64,000 nt of DNA, from positions 1 through 64,000 of IMG/VR virus record IMGVR_UViG_3300040811_000439. One strand, given 5' to 3'. Under the pieces are notes generated by a model. The model was not told the DNA's origin. It saw nothing but the letters and a program-made list of their open reading frames with translations, and ran no database searches. Below are positions 36,820 through 46,476 of this stretch, piece by piece. The position numbers were made by a program, and so were the translations under genes. The stretch's first letter is position 1. Every line of letters begins with the position of its first letter. The DNA comes from a virus.

Positions 36820-39800
36820 TTAGAACTTCAAGTTCACTTTCATGCCTAGGTTAACTTCATTGTTACCTGAGACACCTGCAACATTGCTACGATGCTCTGC
36901 ATAGCCAGCAAGTGCAACATTGTTTACATTATATTTTACAAACAAACCGGTATCATATTCAATATTTTTCGTACTTGCATCAGCACTTCCTTCATTAAAT
37001 AATACCTGTCCGTCAAGTGTACGTCCTACTGGAACCTTGTAGTTCATCTTACCGCTTGTAACTGTCATTGGCTGACTAAAGTTAGCGCCAACAGTCCAAC
37101 CATTGCTAAACTTGTAACCTGCACCAACACCCCAACTGTTACTTACTAGGGTGCTGTACCCAGTTACTAGACTAAACTCCTTGGATGACTCAACGTCTGT
37201 CATGCCCAACTGGAAGTTACCAAACCCAAACCAGTTCTCATCAAACTTGTGATTGAGACGCAAGCCTGCATAGTTTGTGGTGTGTGACTCACCAACTCCC
37301 ATAAAGCCTTCCTGAACGTTGTTAAGGAACTTACCTGTCTCCTTAATCATACCAAGTGCGGCAGTAATAGTAGTTTCTTCGCTACTATGTACATCATACT
37401 CTGTACGCATGCCCCAGTCGCCATTGGCTTTGGCATCTGGGTCAAATTTGAATGATGTCCTAATACCAAACAAGTCACTAGTGCCTTCGCCGGCATTAGC
37501 AAGATTCCAATAACCGTCATAGTTTGCACCAAAACTTAGTGCTTCTGTTGACGATCCAGGACGAGTATCAATAGCTTGAGTGTTGTTTAGATTGATTGTA
37601 AAATCACGCTCAAAGCTATCAAGCACCGTAACATTACTTAGTGCCGCAAATGCATCGCTACTAATACTTCCGACAGCAGCGCCGCCACTTAGCGTTTCAA
37701 GGCTAGCAATAGCACCACTCGTACGCCCGCTTGTTGGAATACCTGTTGCACCTACAGGCTGTGTAGCCTTGTCCAAGTCCAACATGCCTTGTCCATGTGT
37801 GTGTTTAGCATAGTCAGGCAAGTCCTTGTCTGCTGTTGTTAGCAACAGTTTAACAAGGTTCTCACCCTTCATGTGAGGCCACATCTGATGTACAATAGCA
37901 AGTGCACCAGTTACAACAGGCGCTGCCATACTAGTACCACTCATTGTTACAGTTGTGCCATCCTTGTACGCACTTTCGATACTACTACCTGGTGCAAGGA
38001 TATAAAAGTCACTTGCCTTGGCAGCATCTTTACAGAGATTATTTGTAAAGTCCCAGGTAGCACAAACAGTACCAGCCTTGTTACTGTAACTAGCAATCTT
38101 ATTGTTAGCAAGATCATATGAGCCAACGATTAGCATACGTCCGCCCATAATAAGGTTGCCATTAGAATCTGTAGCATGGGCCATCTGACCAGTACCTGAT
38201 ACATAGTCTTTAGCAAAGTTACCAGCACTGTTCACAAGGATCTGTTCGCTACCTAGTGCAGTTGCCCACAACTTGGCTTCGTCTACAGCACCATTGTATC
38301 CATTCTCACCGTAGTACCAGTGATTACTATACTGGACACCAGTAGTACCTGTTGGAGTTAGACTTCCCTTAAAGGCAGTATCTTCTGCAAAGTTAGCACT
38401 GGCGTTAAAAGCAATACTTCCTAAGTCTCGTGCCCATGTTGCACCTACTCGTGCACGTTGGAAACTGTAGCCAGTGCTGTCACTTACTTTTACGACAGCA
38501 ACGTCTGCATCAAATGCAACACCGTGTGTACCGCTACCGTTCTTACGTCCAGCCGCAATACCCAACACATGACTACCGTGACCAACGTTGTCATCCATAA
38601 ACGTCGCATCATTTGTTAGAGTGTTGAACTCATGTTTAACTGCACCAGCAAGGTCTGAGTGATCCTTATCGTAACCAGTATCAGCAATAGTAATTAGACT
38701 GCCTTTACCAGTCCAACCACGGGAGTATGCAACGTCTGCGTTAATTGCCTGCTTGTAGTTCTGACCAGAAGTTCCATTGAACTCTGAAGTACGATAGCTT
38801 ACAGGATTGCTGTTGAACCCTGCGGTACGTGTGCCCATGTCAGGATGATCGTCTGCAATAGGTGTACTATCAGCAGGAGCATCCTCTGTTGTGGTGCTCA
38901 TAACCTTAGTCCAACTATCTGTCACTACAGTATTTTCAGTACTAGTTTCAACTACAGTTTCACCGCGAATTAGTTTCTCAGTACCATCAGTCCAAATCTG
39001 TTTTGTCACAGGAGTTGTGTTTGTGGTAGTTGTAGTAACAATAGTAGCAGTGGTCGTGTAATAACGTGTTACAGTAGTAATTAATTTACCGTCTACAGTT
39101 TCACTAGTTGTCTTGTCTTCATAGGTTGTATCAAATACTGGATCAGCTTCTGTTACGTCTGTAATAACTTCGTTTGTAACGGTTTCACTCGCTACAACAT
39201 GCTCTGTAGTACTTTCTACAGTTGCTTCACTTGTATTGACAACAACTTCATCTTCTGTACTACTAACCACTTCATCTGTAGCATCATGAGTAAATGAATG
39301 TCCATCTGTGTAAGTGTACACACTAATCTTAGGATATGTTAGTGTAGTAGTGACAGGCGTAGTGCTTGTGGTTGTAGTAGTACGAATGGTGTTATGTACC
39401 TTACTACCATCTTCCTGTGTAATAGTATCGACACGATCCGCATACTCGTTTACCACAACCGTTCCGCCACGAGTGACAGTTGTAGTTGGATCGTTTTGTT
39501 CTTCAACTGTATAGGCAATGTTCTGTGACATGTCCTGTGTAGTAACAATGTCAGCAGCCGAAAGTGTCTGTGTATAAGGTACTTCACGGATTTCACCACG
39601 TTCAGTTTTTGTGCTACCATCGCTGTAAACATATGTGGTTACATTCTGTAGGACCACTGTCCAACTACGATCATACTCCATCTTCTTTGTAGTTGTCTTT
39701 ACCCAAGTAGCGGTACGTGTTAGATCAGAGATGCTAGAACCGCCGGTTACAGTCTGCTCGCCATCGACTACAACAGTTTCCTTAACACGATCAGTACTTG

Positions 39801-40368
39801 TAGTAGCACTTGATTCACTTACTGTAACGCTACTGTTGCTTGCACTAATAACTGTTGGCGTAGTACTCTCAAAGATCGACTTAGATTCAGCTGCAATAAC
39901 ACGGTCCAAATCTTCCTTCTTTTCTAGGAACTTAAATTTATCTGTGTCATACCCTTTGCCATTGGTAACATCAACGACCATTGGACGAAGCTGATTCTTA
40001 AGGATCTTTACTACTGCTTCTGCTTTACGGAAGTCTTCTGATTCTAACTTAGCACGAAGTAGCATAGGATTCATACCTGCCTTATGCTCTTCCCAACTAG
40101 CAATTACATTGTCAATCTTGCTGACAATGTCTCCTGCCATAATTTTATCTGATTCAGTTGGATTAATTAGTGCACTAAGAGTTGCTGAACTTTGTGCAGC
40201 AGCAACTACATTCTCAAGGTCAGCAATCTGTCCACTGATAGCTGCAAAACTTGAATTTGTTGCGAACGAACGCTTTACTGTGTTTACTGCGGAACTTCCG
40301 CCGCCACCTTGACACGCTGTAAGCATTGTGGTGGCTAGCAACGCTCCTGCTAGTGTCTTATAAGTCAT
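36820..40368 (-). CDS. Lipoprotein-anchored S8 (subtilisin-like) serine protease with Thr-rich stalk and autotransporter-like C-terminal beta domain
   Basis: Lipobox LTAC; catalytic IADTG, HGSHVLG, SAGN, GTSMAAP; alternating hydrophobic C-terminus ending in F. Confidence 0.85.
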   Translation of the reverse strand: MTYKTLAGALLATTMLTACQGGGGSSAVNTVKRSFATNSSFAAISGQIADLENVVAAAQSSATLSALINPTESDKIMAGDIVSKIDNVIASWEEHKAGMNPMLLRAKLESEDFRKAEAVVKILKNQLRPMVVDVTNGKGYDTDKFKFLEKKEDLDRVIAAESKSIFESTTPTVISASNSSVTVSESSATTSTDRVKETVVVDGEQTVTGGSSISDLTRTATWVKTTTKKMEYDRSWTVVLQNVTTYVYSDGSTKTERGEIREVPYTQTLSAADIVTTQDMSQNIAYTVEEQNDPTTTVTRGGTVVVNEYADRVDTITQEDGSKVHNTIRTTTTTSTTPVTTTLTYPKISVYTYTDGHSFTHDATDEVVSSTEDEVVVNTSEATVESTTEHVVASETVTNEVITDVTEADPVFDTTYEDKTTSETVDGKLITTVTRYYTTTATIVTTTTTNTTPVTKQIWTDGTEKLIRGETVVETSTENTVVTDSWTKVMSTTTEDAPADSTPIADDHPDMGTRTAGFNSNPVSYRTSEFNGTSGQNYKQAINADVAYSRGWTGKGSLITIADTGYDKDHSDLAGAVKHEFNTLTNDATFMDDNVGHGSHVLGIAAGRKNGSGTHGVAFDADVAVVKVSDSTGYSFQRARVGATWARDLGSIAFNASANFAEDTAFKGSLTPTGTTGVQYSNHWYYGENGYNGAVDEAKLWATALGSEQILVNSAGNFAKDYVSGTGQMAHATDSNGNLIMGGRMLIVGSYDLANNKIASYSNKAGTVCATWDFTNNLCKDAAKASDFYILAPGSSIESAYKDGTTVTMSGTSMAAPVVTGALAIVHQMWPHMKGENLVKLLLTTADKDLPDYAKHTHGQGMLDLDKATQPVGATGIPTSGRTSGAIASLETLSGGAAVGSISSDAFAALSNVTVLDSFERDFTINLNNTQAIDTRPGSSTEALSFGANYDGYWNLANAGEGTSDLFGIRTSFKFDPDAKANGDWGMRTEYDVHSSEETTITAALGMIKETGKFLNNVQEGFMGVGESHTTNYAGLRLNHKFDENWFGFGNFQLGMTDVESSKEFSLVTGYSTLVSNSWGVGAGYKFSNGWTVGANFSQPMTVTSGKMNYKVPVGRTLDGQVLFNEGSADASTKNIEYDTGLFVKYNVNNVALAGYAEHRSNVAGVSGNNEVNLGMKVNLKF

Positions 40369-40393
40369 ATTAACCCCGTGTTATTGACTAATA

Positions 40394-40450
40394 AAGAGCA
40401 TGTTCACCTTGAACATACTCTTATAATAACACAGCGTCTAGACTTGTCTA
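40394..40450 (-). promoter_or_regulatory. Promoter TAGACA-N16-TATTAT with a 13-bp-arm inverted repeat over the start site
   Basis: -35 at 40445-40450, -10 at 40423-40428; hairpin 40394-40422. Confidence 0.5.
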
Positions 40451-40463
40451 CCGTTTTTAGAAA

Positions 40464-40721
40464 CTATATAGCGTTAAGTAATTCCCAGGCTTTGTAATGG
40501 CGTTCTAACTCTGCAAACTCTTCCCATTTTTCTTTTAATTCTGGATACTTGTCCATCATATCAAGTCTTTGTTGCAGATATTCCTCAAGAGGATCAGTTG
40601 GAGGAGTTATGGTCACCGTTGAGGTCGAGCCCCCCATTGTAATAGTACTTGAAATAGGATCGCCTATTTCTCTTGCACGTATAGTAATACCACCGTCTGG
40701 TGATTCATATATTTTTGGCAT
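40464..40721 (-). CDS. Small hypothetical protein
   Basis: KIYESPDGG.TI..R..G N-terminus and KYPELK..W C-terminus. Confidence 0.6.
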   Translation of the reverse strand: MPKIYESPDGGITIRAREIGDPISSTITMGGSTSTVTITPPTDPLEEYLQQRLDMMDKYPELKEKWEEFAELERHYKAWELLNAI

Positions 40722-40734
40722 TAAAGTTGTCCTT

Positions 40735-40774
40735 TATGAAAACGGAGGGCCCAACACGGACCCTCCGTTTCATA
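40735..40774 (-). terminator. Rho-independent terminator after yhhQ
   Basis: AAACGGAGGG-loop-CCCUCCGUUUU on the - strand. Confidence 0.75.
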
Positions 40775-40783
40775 GCGTTATTG

Positions 40784-41407
40784 TTATAGAGTACGCCCTA
40801 GTTTCTTACGCAAATAGCTTAGTAGGAAACCATATGCTGGTAGGAACACAATCAACCCTACAATAATCTTTGTAATTGTCTGGTTGAACGCAACAGCATG
40901 TACCCAAGGTGCTGGATAAAATGCTGTATAGAAGAACGCATAAGTGTCTAGTACGTTTGCACAGACTGTTGAAAATGCTGGAGCAGCCCACCACATCTCT
41001 GTGAACTTCTCACGAATATGCTGGAATACATAAACGTCTAGCATTGTACCAACGCCATATGCAACACCCGAAGCTGCACCAATACGTAGTGCCTTCTCAA
41101 CTGGTGCGCCGCCGCCCCACACAACCAAAATACTTACAATGATTGCTGGGATGACTGCTAGGGCAACAACTGCCCTACCTGCTTCCTTGCCCACCATACG
41201 GACGGTCAAGTCAGTGGCAACAACTACAATTGGAAATGTAAATGCTGCAACTGCAAGTGGAAACTCACCAAAGAATGGCAAGTTAGCACCTGGGAACAGG
41301 TTAAACTTGAACTGCACCAAGTAATTTGAAAGTGCAATTACGATTACGTGCATGATAACAAGCTGATTAACCAACTTGCGATCTACACCTTCTAGTAACT
41401 TCAACAT
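40784..41407 (-). CDS. yhhQ: Queuosine-precursor (preQ0/preQ1) transporter, VUT/YhhQ family
   Basis: IALSNYLVQ, AFTFP...ATDLTVR, R..A.S..AY..G..LDVYVF, multi-TM; adjacent to folE. Confidence 0.85.
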   Translation of the reverse strand: MLKLLEGVDRKLVNQLVIMHVIVIALSNYLVQFKFNLFPGANLPFFGEFPLAVAAFTFPIVVVATDLTVRMVGKEAGRAVVALAVIPAIIVSILVVWGGGAPVEKALRIGAASGVAYGVGTMLDVYVFQHIREKFTEMWWAAPAFSTVCANVLDTYAFFYTAFYPAPWVHAVAFNQTITKIIVGLIVFLPAYGFLLSYLRKKLGRTL

Positions 41408-41429
41408 ATGTTTCTCCCTATTCTGAAGT

Positions 41430-42104
41430 TTACCCATGACCCTTCATGCTTAGACAGATGTTATAAAACTCCTGCTTAACACTAGGCTCATCTAGGAAAG
41501 CACCTTGCAAGACCGCTGTTGTCATATCCGACTCGTGCTCTTTTACACCGCGGTGCGTCATACAATGATGCTCTGCTTTGACTACAACAGCAACGTGCTC
41601 TGTTTTTGCATATTCTTTAAGAGCTTCTGTAATCTGTGTAGTCATTTCTTCCTGTATCTGCGGGCGTTCCGCAATGTGATGAATGATACGATTGAACTTA
41701 CTTAGTCCAATTACTTCATCCTCAGGAATGATGCCTACCCAACATTTACCAACAATGTTCTGAAAATGATGGGCACAGGTACTACGAATACTAATAGGAC
41801 CACTAGTGTACATACTTTTGTAGCCCATGTTAGGAAATGCTGTAACCTTTGGCATCGGTTGATAGCGTCCGCCAAATGTTTCATTGATATACATTTTAGC
41901 TACACGCTTGGCAGTTTCTTGTGTGTTATGATCGTTTTCGGTATCAATAACTAGTGCGTCAAGAACTGCTTTGAACTTTTCTTCTACTTCAGTTTGAAGT
42001 AGTGCTAGTTCACCTTCGTGGATGAACTCGCTAATATTATCGTTAGAATGGAAACGTGCATTTGTCTGCTGAATACGTTCCCTGATTGTTTGTGATATTG
42101 TCAT
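41430..42104 (-). CDS. folE: GTP cyclohydrolase I
   Basis: T..RVAKM, STCAHHF, GLSKFNR, RPQIQE, H.CM..RGV. Confidence 0.95.
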   Translation of the reverse strand: MTISQTIRERIQQTNARFHSNDNISEFIHEGELALLQTEVEEKFKAVLDALVIDTENDHNTQETAKRVAKMYINETFGGRYQPMPKVTAFPNMGYKSMYTSGPISIRSTCAHHFQNIVGKCWVGIIPEDEVIGLSKFNRIIHHIAERPQIQEEMTTQITEALKEYAKTEHVAVVVKAEHHCMTHRGVKEHESDMTTAVLQGAFLDEPSVKQEFYNICLSMKGHG

Positions 42105-42140
42105 ATTATCTCCGAGTTAATGTGGTGGATCACTGTACTA

Positions 42141-42169
42141 ATTTTATACATATTTAGGTTAGGTGTCAA
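42141..42169 (-). promoter_or_regulatory. Promoter TTGACA-N17-TAAAAT with nested CCTAAATA
   Basis: Upstream of folE. Confidence 0.65.
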
Positions 42170-42758
42170 TTTGTATTTTACTACAGTCTGGATAAGTTTT
42201 AAGTTGGCTTTGCAAATTTGGCATCTCTTCCTGATGTGACAACATATCTATACCTTTTGCTGCATCTTCTAGTCGCATATTGTAATGAAATCCTAGACGC
42301 CAATAAGTTTGATTCTCCCAAGGAGAAGTATCTAGCGTTCTGCCATCATACGCCATGCGCTTTAACTGGAAGTAATCGCTCCTACTATCAAGTAGAATAG
42401 CACCACCATGACCAATAGCCAACCGCTTGTCCCAACCGAAACTTAGGCACTGCATACGACCGCTGATATACATATTTTCATCAAATGCTCTAGCACTATC
42501 CCAAATATTAGTAGGAGCAATACGATATTCATAATCCCATGCATAGTCCTTGTCCCAATAAAGTTCTAGTCCTAGCTTATGCATTGTCATTGGTATGCTA
42601 ATATAAGTACGAGCAGGAAGTATCACAGGCCCTTTAGGATGATTTAGTCGAAGACAAAGTTCAATAGCATGAGTGCAACTATCTGTTAAAACCACATGCG
42701 GCGCACCAGTATATACACTTAGGACATGTTCAAACTTATCTAAGATTTTATAGTCCAT
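42159..42758 (-). CDS. Short DegT/DnrJ-type PLP aminotransferase (C-terminal domain absent)
   Basis: DSCTHAI, TYISIP, WDSA, SFGWDKRL, GGAIL. Confidence 0.75.
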   Translation of the reverse strand: MDYKILDKFEHVLSVYTGAPHVVLTDSCTHAIELCLRLNHPKGPVILPARTYISIPMTMHKLGLELYWDKDYAWDYEYRIAPTNIWDSARAFDENMYISGRMQCLSFGWDKRLAIGHGGAILLDSRSDYFQLKRMAYDGRTLDTSPWENQTYWRLGFHYNMRLEDAAKGIDMLSHQEEMPNLQSQLKTYPDCSKIQIDT

Positions 42759-43933
42759 TATAAACCTGTATCACTTGCAATATCTATAACACTAATTTTA
42801 CTTGCTGCTTCTTTTGCAATATCTAAACTAGGTGCTAGTACAACTGCCATTCTACGATATGGTCTAGTCGTGGGCTTTCCAAACACTCTAACATCGACGT
42901 CTGGTATTTTAAGTGCATCGTTAATACCGCTTATAACAAACTCATGCGTAGTTTCATGAGCTAGTACAACATGACTCGCACCTGGACGGACTAATTTGAT
43001 CTCACCAATTGGTAAGCCTAGTATAGCCCTTGCATGCAAGTCAAACTCACTTAGGTTCTGTGTAAACATGGTTACCATACCGGTATCGTGTGGGCGAGGA
43101 CTTAGTTCGCTGAAGATAACTTCAGGACTATTACCTTTGGTCTTAACAAAAAATTCTACACCAAAAATACCTGCGCCACCTAAATCATCTGTAATGATTT
43201 TTGCCATCTCTTGTGCGTGAGTCTCGATAATGTGTCCTGTAAAAGTTTGTTCTAGTGCAGGTTGCCAACTGTACTGATAGTCTCCACGCTCTTGATAGTG
43301 ACCAATTAGTGGACAAAATAGTGTAGGTCCATTATGTTGCTTTACAGTGAGCAGTGTAAGCTCTAGATCAAAATCAATAAACTCTTCTACAATAACACGC
43401 TGCCTGTCTCCACGCATACCTGATACTGCATATTTCCATGCAGCATCTACGTCACGTTCTTCGTTAACTACGCTCTGTCCCTTGCCACTTGAGCTCATCA
43501 CAGGCTTTACCACACAAGGAAAACCAATGCGTCTACAAGCACTCTGTAATGTTTCTAAGTCCTCAGCATATTCGAATTTTGCTGTACGCAACCCAAGTTC
43601 AACTGCACGATCTCTAATGCGATCTCTGTTCATTGTTAGGTTAGTTGCTCTTGCTGTAGGGACAACAGTATAACCCTGTGCTTCCTTTTCAAGTAAGACT
43701 TCTGTACGAATTGCCTCAACTTCGGGTACAATAAGATCAGGTTTATAAGTATCAATTACTCTGCCTAGCATCTCGCCGTCTAGCATATCAAAAACTTGAT
43801 GTCCATCGGCTACCTGCATTGCCGGCGCACCTAAATAGCTATCACATGCTACAACATGGCAACCCAGTCTTTTTGCACTAATGGTAAACTCCTTACCGAG
43901 CTCACCGCTACCTAATAATAATATACGTTTCAT
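42758..43933 (-). CDS. purT: Formate-dependent GAR transformylase (ATP-grasp)
   Basis: [59 protein letters not shown]...RR. Confidence 0.92.
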   Translation of the reverse strand: MKRILLLGSGELGKEFTISAKRLGCHVVACDSYLGAPAMQVADGHQVFDMLDGEMLGRVIDTYKPDLIVPEVEAIRTEVLLEKEAQGYTVVPTARATNLTMNRDRIRDRAVELGLRTAKFEYAEDLETLQSACRRIGFPCVVKPVMSSSGKGQSVVNEERDVDAAWKYAVSGMRGDRQRVIVEEFIDFDLELTLLTVKQHNGPTLFCPLIGHYQERGDYQYSWQPALEQTFTGHIIETHAQEMAKIITDDLGGAGIFGVEFFVKTKGNSPEVIFSELSPRPHDTGMVTMFTQNLSEFDLHARAILGLPIGEIKLVRPGASHVVLAHETTHEFVISGINDALKIPDVDVRVFGKPTTRPYRRMAVVLAPSLDIAKEAASKISVIDIASDTGL

Positions 43934-44454
43934 TATTTGTGTCCTGTTATTTGCAATGTATATCGTTTGGTTAGTCCTAAGTTAGCGGCCATATGTTCTG
44001 TGTCGCCTTTCCAGTAAACATAGTCGCCCTTTTTCCAATTTACTTTTCCGAATCCATCTATCTCAAAGTAATGCCCACTCTGCCAATCCTCAAGGAATAC
44101 GACAATACGTTCGCAATCGTTTACTTTTAAATCAAACAACTCACAATACTTTGCATAGGTATCCTTATGGCAAGGTAGTATTACACCTGTACCCATTCTA
44201 TAATAACTTGTGCCTATGTCTTTAAGACCAAATTGATCCTCTGCCCATTGTATGATCTTGTTATTCCAACTTGGTTGAGGGCTACGCATGTCACATAGGA
44301 AGCCTGTGTAATGACTTTCAGGATGTACATATCCTTGTCTTTTCCACTCGACTAAATCGTGCCTATTGTTAAAAGATTCTAATTTATAGGACAAACTTTT
44401 ATATTCATCATCCCAAAAAGGATCAATGTGGCTATGCAATACGGGTGTTGCCAT
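43933..44454 (-). CDS. Cupin/2OG-Fe(II) oxygenase-like protein
   Basis: [22 protein letters not shown]...RYTLQITG. Confidence 0.65.
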   Translation of the reverse strand: MATPVLHSHIDPFWDDEYKSLSYKLESFNNRHDLVEWKRQGYVHPESHYTGFLCDMRSPQPSWNNKIIQWAEDQFGLKDIGTSYYRMGTGVILPCHKDTYAKYCELFDLKVNDCERIVVFLEDWQSGHYFEIDGFGKVNWKKGDYVYWKGDTEHMAANLGLTKRYTLQITGHK

Positions 44455-45649
44455 AATGGATCACTTTATACCTAGTGTCTGAAAAACTACGCCAAGGATC
44501 AACAATAACGCTGTCCTCATAGAGTTCACAGTACAAGTTGTTAGATTGTTGATTGTTCATATAGTTATAGGTTACACTTGGGTTGTGAGCAAGTAAAACT
44601 ACTGCACTATAGGGACCAGGATCTGGATGTGTCAGAGGATCAATAATCATAGGATGAAAACCCCGCTCGCTACAGTAATGTGCAACCAAACTACTGTAGC
44701 TACCTTCCGTATAAGGAACATCTGGCTTGTATGCATAGCCGTGTATGAGTACAGGTAGTTCATGTTCTTTGGATAAATCACATAAGAAGTTTGCAAGATT
44801 ACGTGCTTGTACTTCTCTACTGTTCATAATAGCATGGAATAGATCGTATTCTAAATTTAATTCTTTAGCCATGTAACGTAGTGCAATGTTATCGCGTGGA
44901 TGACAAGGACCACCATCTCCCATGCCCGCTGTCATATACTTTGGAGCCATAATACGTTGAGTGCTGTTAGCAAGAGCATCTGTAACTACATCAACATTCA
45001 TGTTACCCAGTTTCATAGCAACGTCTTGGATCATGTTTACAAGGCTGAGCTTTGCACTGATAAATGTGTTATAGAATATCTTAATACTTTCTGCTTCTTC
45101 CCATGTTCCTACACTATAGCGAGGATTGTTCTGCATAAGTTCTTTGTAGAAGTTAATAAGCAGGTTTGCATCACCTGTTTCACTACCATCCTCTGTACCA
45201 ATGATAACCATTTCTGGATTGACCATATCCCATGCTACACTGCCCATTGCAATTAGATATGGGTTATAGATAAAACGTGCTTGTGTAATCAAAGGTGCAA
45301 GTTCTCTGCGAACAGTGCCAGGTAGCACTGTACTAATAAGAACTATAAGGGTATGTTCATTTGCATACTCGTTAACTTCAGTTAAACACTGCTTTACTTG
45401 GTCATAGTTAAAGTCCTGAGGCTCATAATCCATACAAGGCATGCTACCATCATACTGTGGATGATGTGGCGTTTGAATAGCAACAAAAACTAGATCTTTA
45501 TTTTCTACTGCATCTTTTACATCTGTGACAACTTTTATATTATCACTAGCACGGTCTTCAATATCAAACCCCGTAACTGAGTATTTTACAGCCATTGCTT
45601 CTGCACAAGGCAGACCTAGCTTTCCTAATCCAATAAATCCTACTTTCAT
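44432..45649 (-). CDS. UDP-glucose/GDP-mannose 6-dehydrogenase family
   Basis: GLGKLG, QTP, STVLPGT, K..YN.F, GGPCHPRD (catalytic Cys), G.AYKP. Confidence 0.9.
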   Translation of the reverse strand: MKVGFIGLGKLGLPCAEAMAVKYSVTGFDIEDRASDNIKVVTDVKDAVENKDLVFVAIQTPHHPQYDGSMPCMDYEPQDFNYDQVKQCLTEVNEYANEHTLIVLISTVLPGTVRRELAPLITQARFIYNPYLIAMGSVAWDMVNPEMVIIGTEDGSETGDANLLINFYKELMQNNPRYSVGTWEEAESIKIFYNTFISAKLSLVNMIQDVAMKLGNMNVDVVTDALANSTQRIMAPKYMTAGMGDGGPCHPRDNIALRYMAKELNLEYDLFHAIMNSREVQARNLANFLCDLSKEHELPVLIHGYAYKPDVPYTEGSYSSLVAHYCSERGFHPMIIDPLTHPDPGPYSAVVLLAHNPSVTYNYMNNQQSNNLYCELYEDSVIVDPWRSFSDTRYKVIHYGNTRIA

Positions 45650-46476
45650 AGTTCCTCCAATAACTTTTTAATACCTACTTGAACACTAATCCTAGGATGG
45701 TAACCAAGTTCTGTTCTAGCCTTTTGAATGTCAAGTGCGCCACGTTTAGGGTAGTCGTAATCACGTTGACTGATAGTATAACTGCCAGTGCCAACCAGTG
45801 TGCAGATATATTCTGCAATAATATCCAGTGCGTGACTTTGACTGTAACTAACGTTATAGATTTGATTCTTACTTTTTCTTTCGATCATCAAACGTACTGC
45901 TTGAACAACATCACTTACACTTGTAAAGTCTAAACAGTTATCATGTCCTTTTACTTCAATTACTCCGCCTTCTTTGGCAGTACGAATAAAAGTAGGCAGT
46001 ACACGATTAGGATCATCGCCTTCTCCATACACTGCGGTTGGACGTACGATAGTCCAGTTATTGTGTAACTCTTTGACTAGTCCTTCACCAACTAGTTTTA
46101 GTCTACCATATAAGTCAATGGGAGAAGGATTTTCGTATTCGTATTTGTTTGCTAGGTTACTGTCCCAATTACCATAAACCATGCTACTGCTAAAGTAGAT
46201 AAAATGACTGTTGTTGAACTTTGTTAGGCAGTTGATAAGCCCTGTTGTCATAGTATGAGTAGCTTCTACAGGACTACGCTTTACTGCTGCAAGATTAGGT
46301 TCTGCTGCAAGGAACAACACACAATCATAATCTGGACTTATAAGATTAAGATGGTTATGATTGTTTATGTTAGTACCAAACTTTTTATCAATAACAACTA
46401 CATTGTTATCTTGTTCCAGTTCACGTTCAAGGTGCTTACCAATAAATCCAGCACCGCCTATGAGAAGTATGTTCAT
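45646..46476 (-). CDS. NAD-dependent epimerase/dehydratase (extended SDR)
   Basis: GGAGFIG, SSSMVYG, YGRLK (YxxxK). Confidence 0.9.
   Translation of the reverse strand: MNILLIGGAGFIGKHLERELEQDNNVVVIDKKFGTNINNHNHLNLISPDYDCVLFLAAEPNLAAVKRSPVEATHTMTTGLINCLTKFNNSHFIYFSSSMVYGNWDSNLANKYEYENPSPIDLYGRLKLVGEGLVKELHNNWTIVRPTAVYGEGDDPNRVLPTFIRTAKEGGVIEVKGHDNCLDFTSVSDVVQAVRLMIERKSKNQIYNVSYSQSHALDIIAEYICTLVGTGSYTISQRDYDYPKRGALDIQKARTELGYHPRISVQVGIKKLLEEL

Noticed and set aside
38880-39870. Thr-rich low-complexity DNA as a tandem repeat, VNTR or DGR target
   Set aside because: No exact nucleotide repeats or template/variable pair were seen, and no reverse transcriptase; it is a coding stalk.
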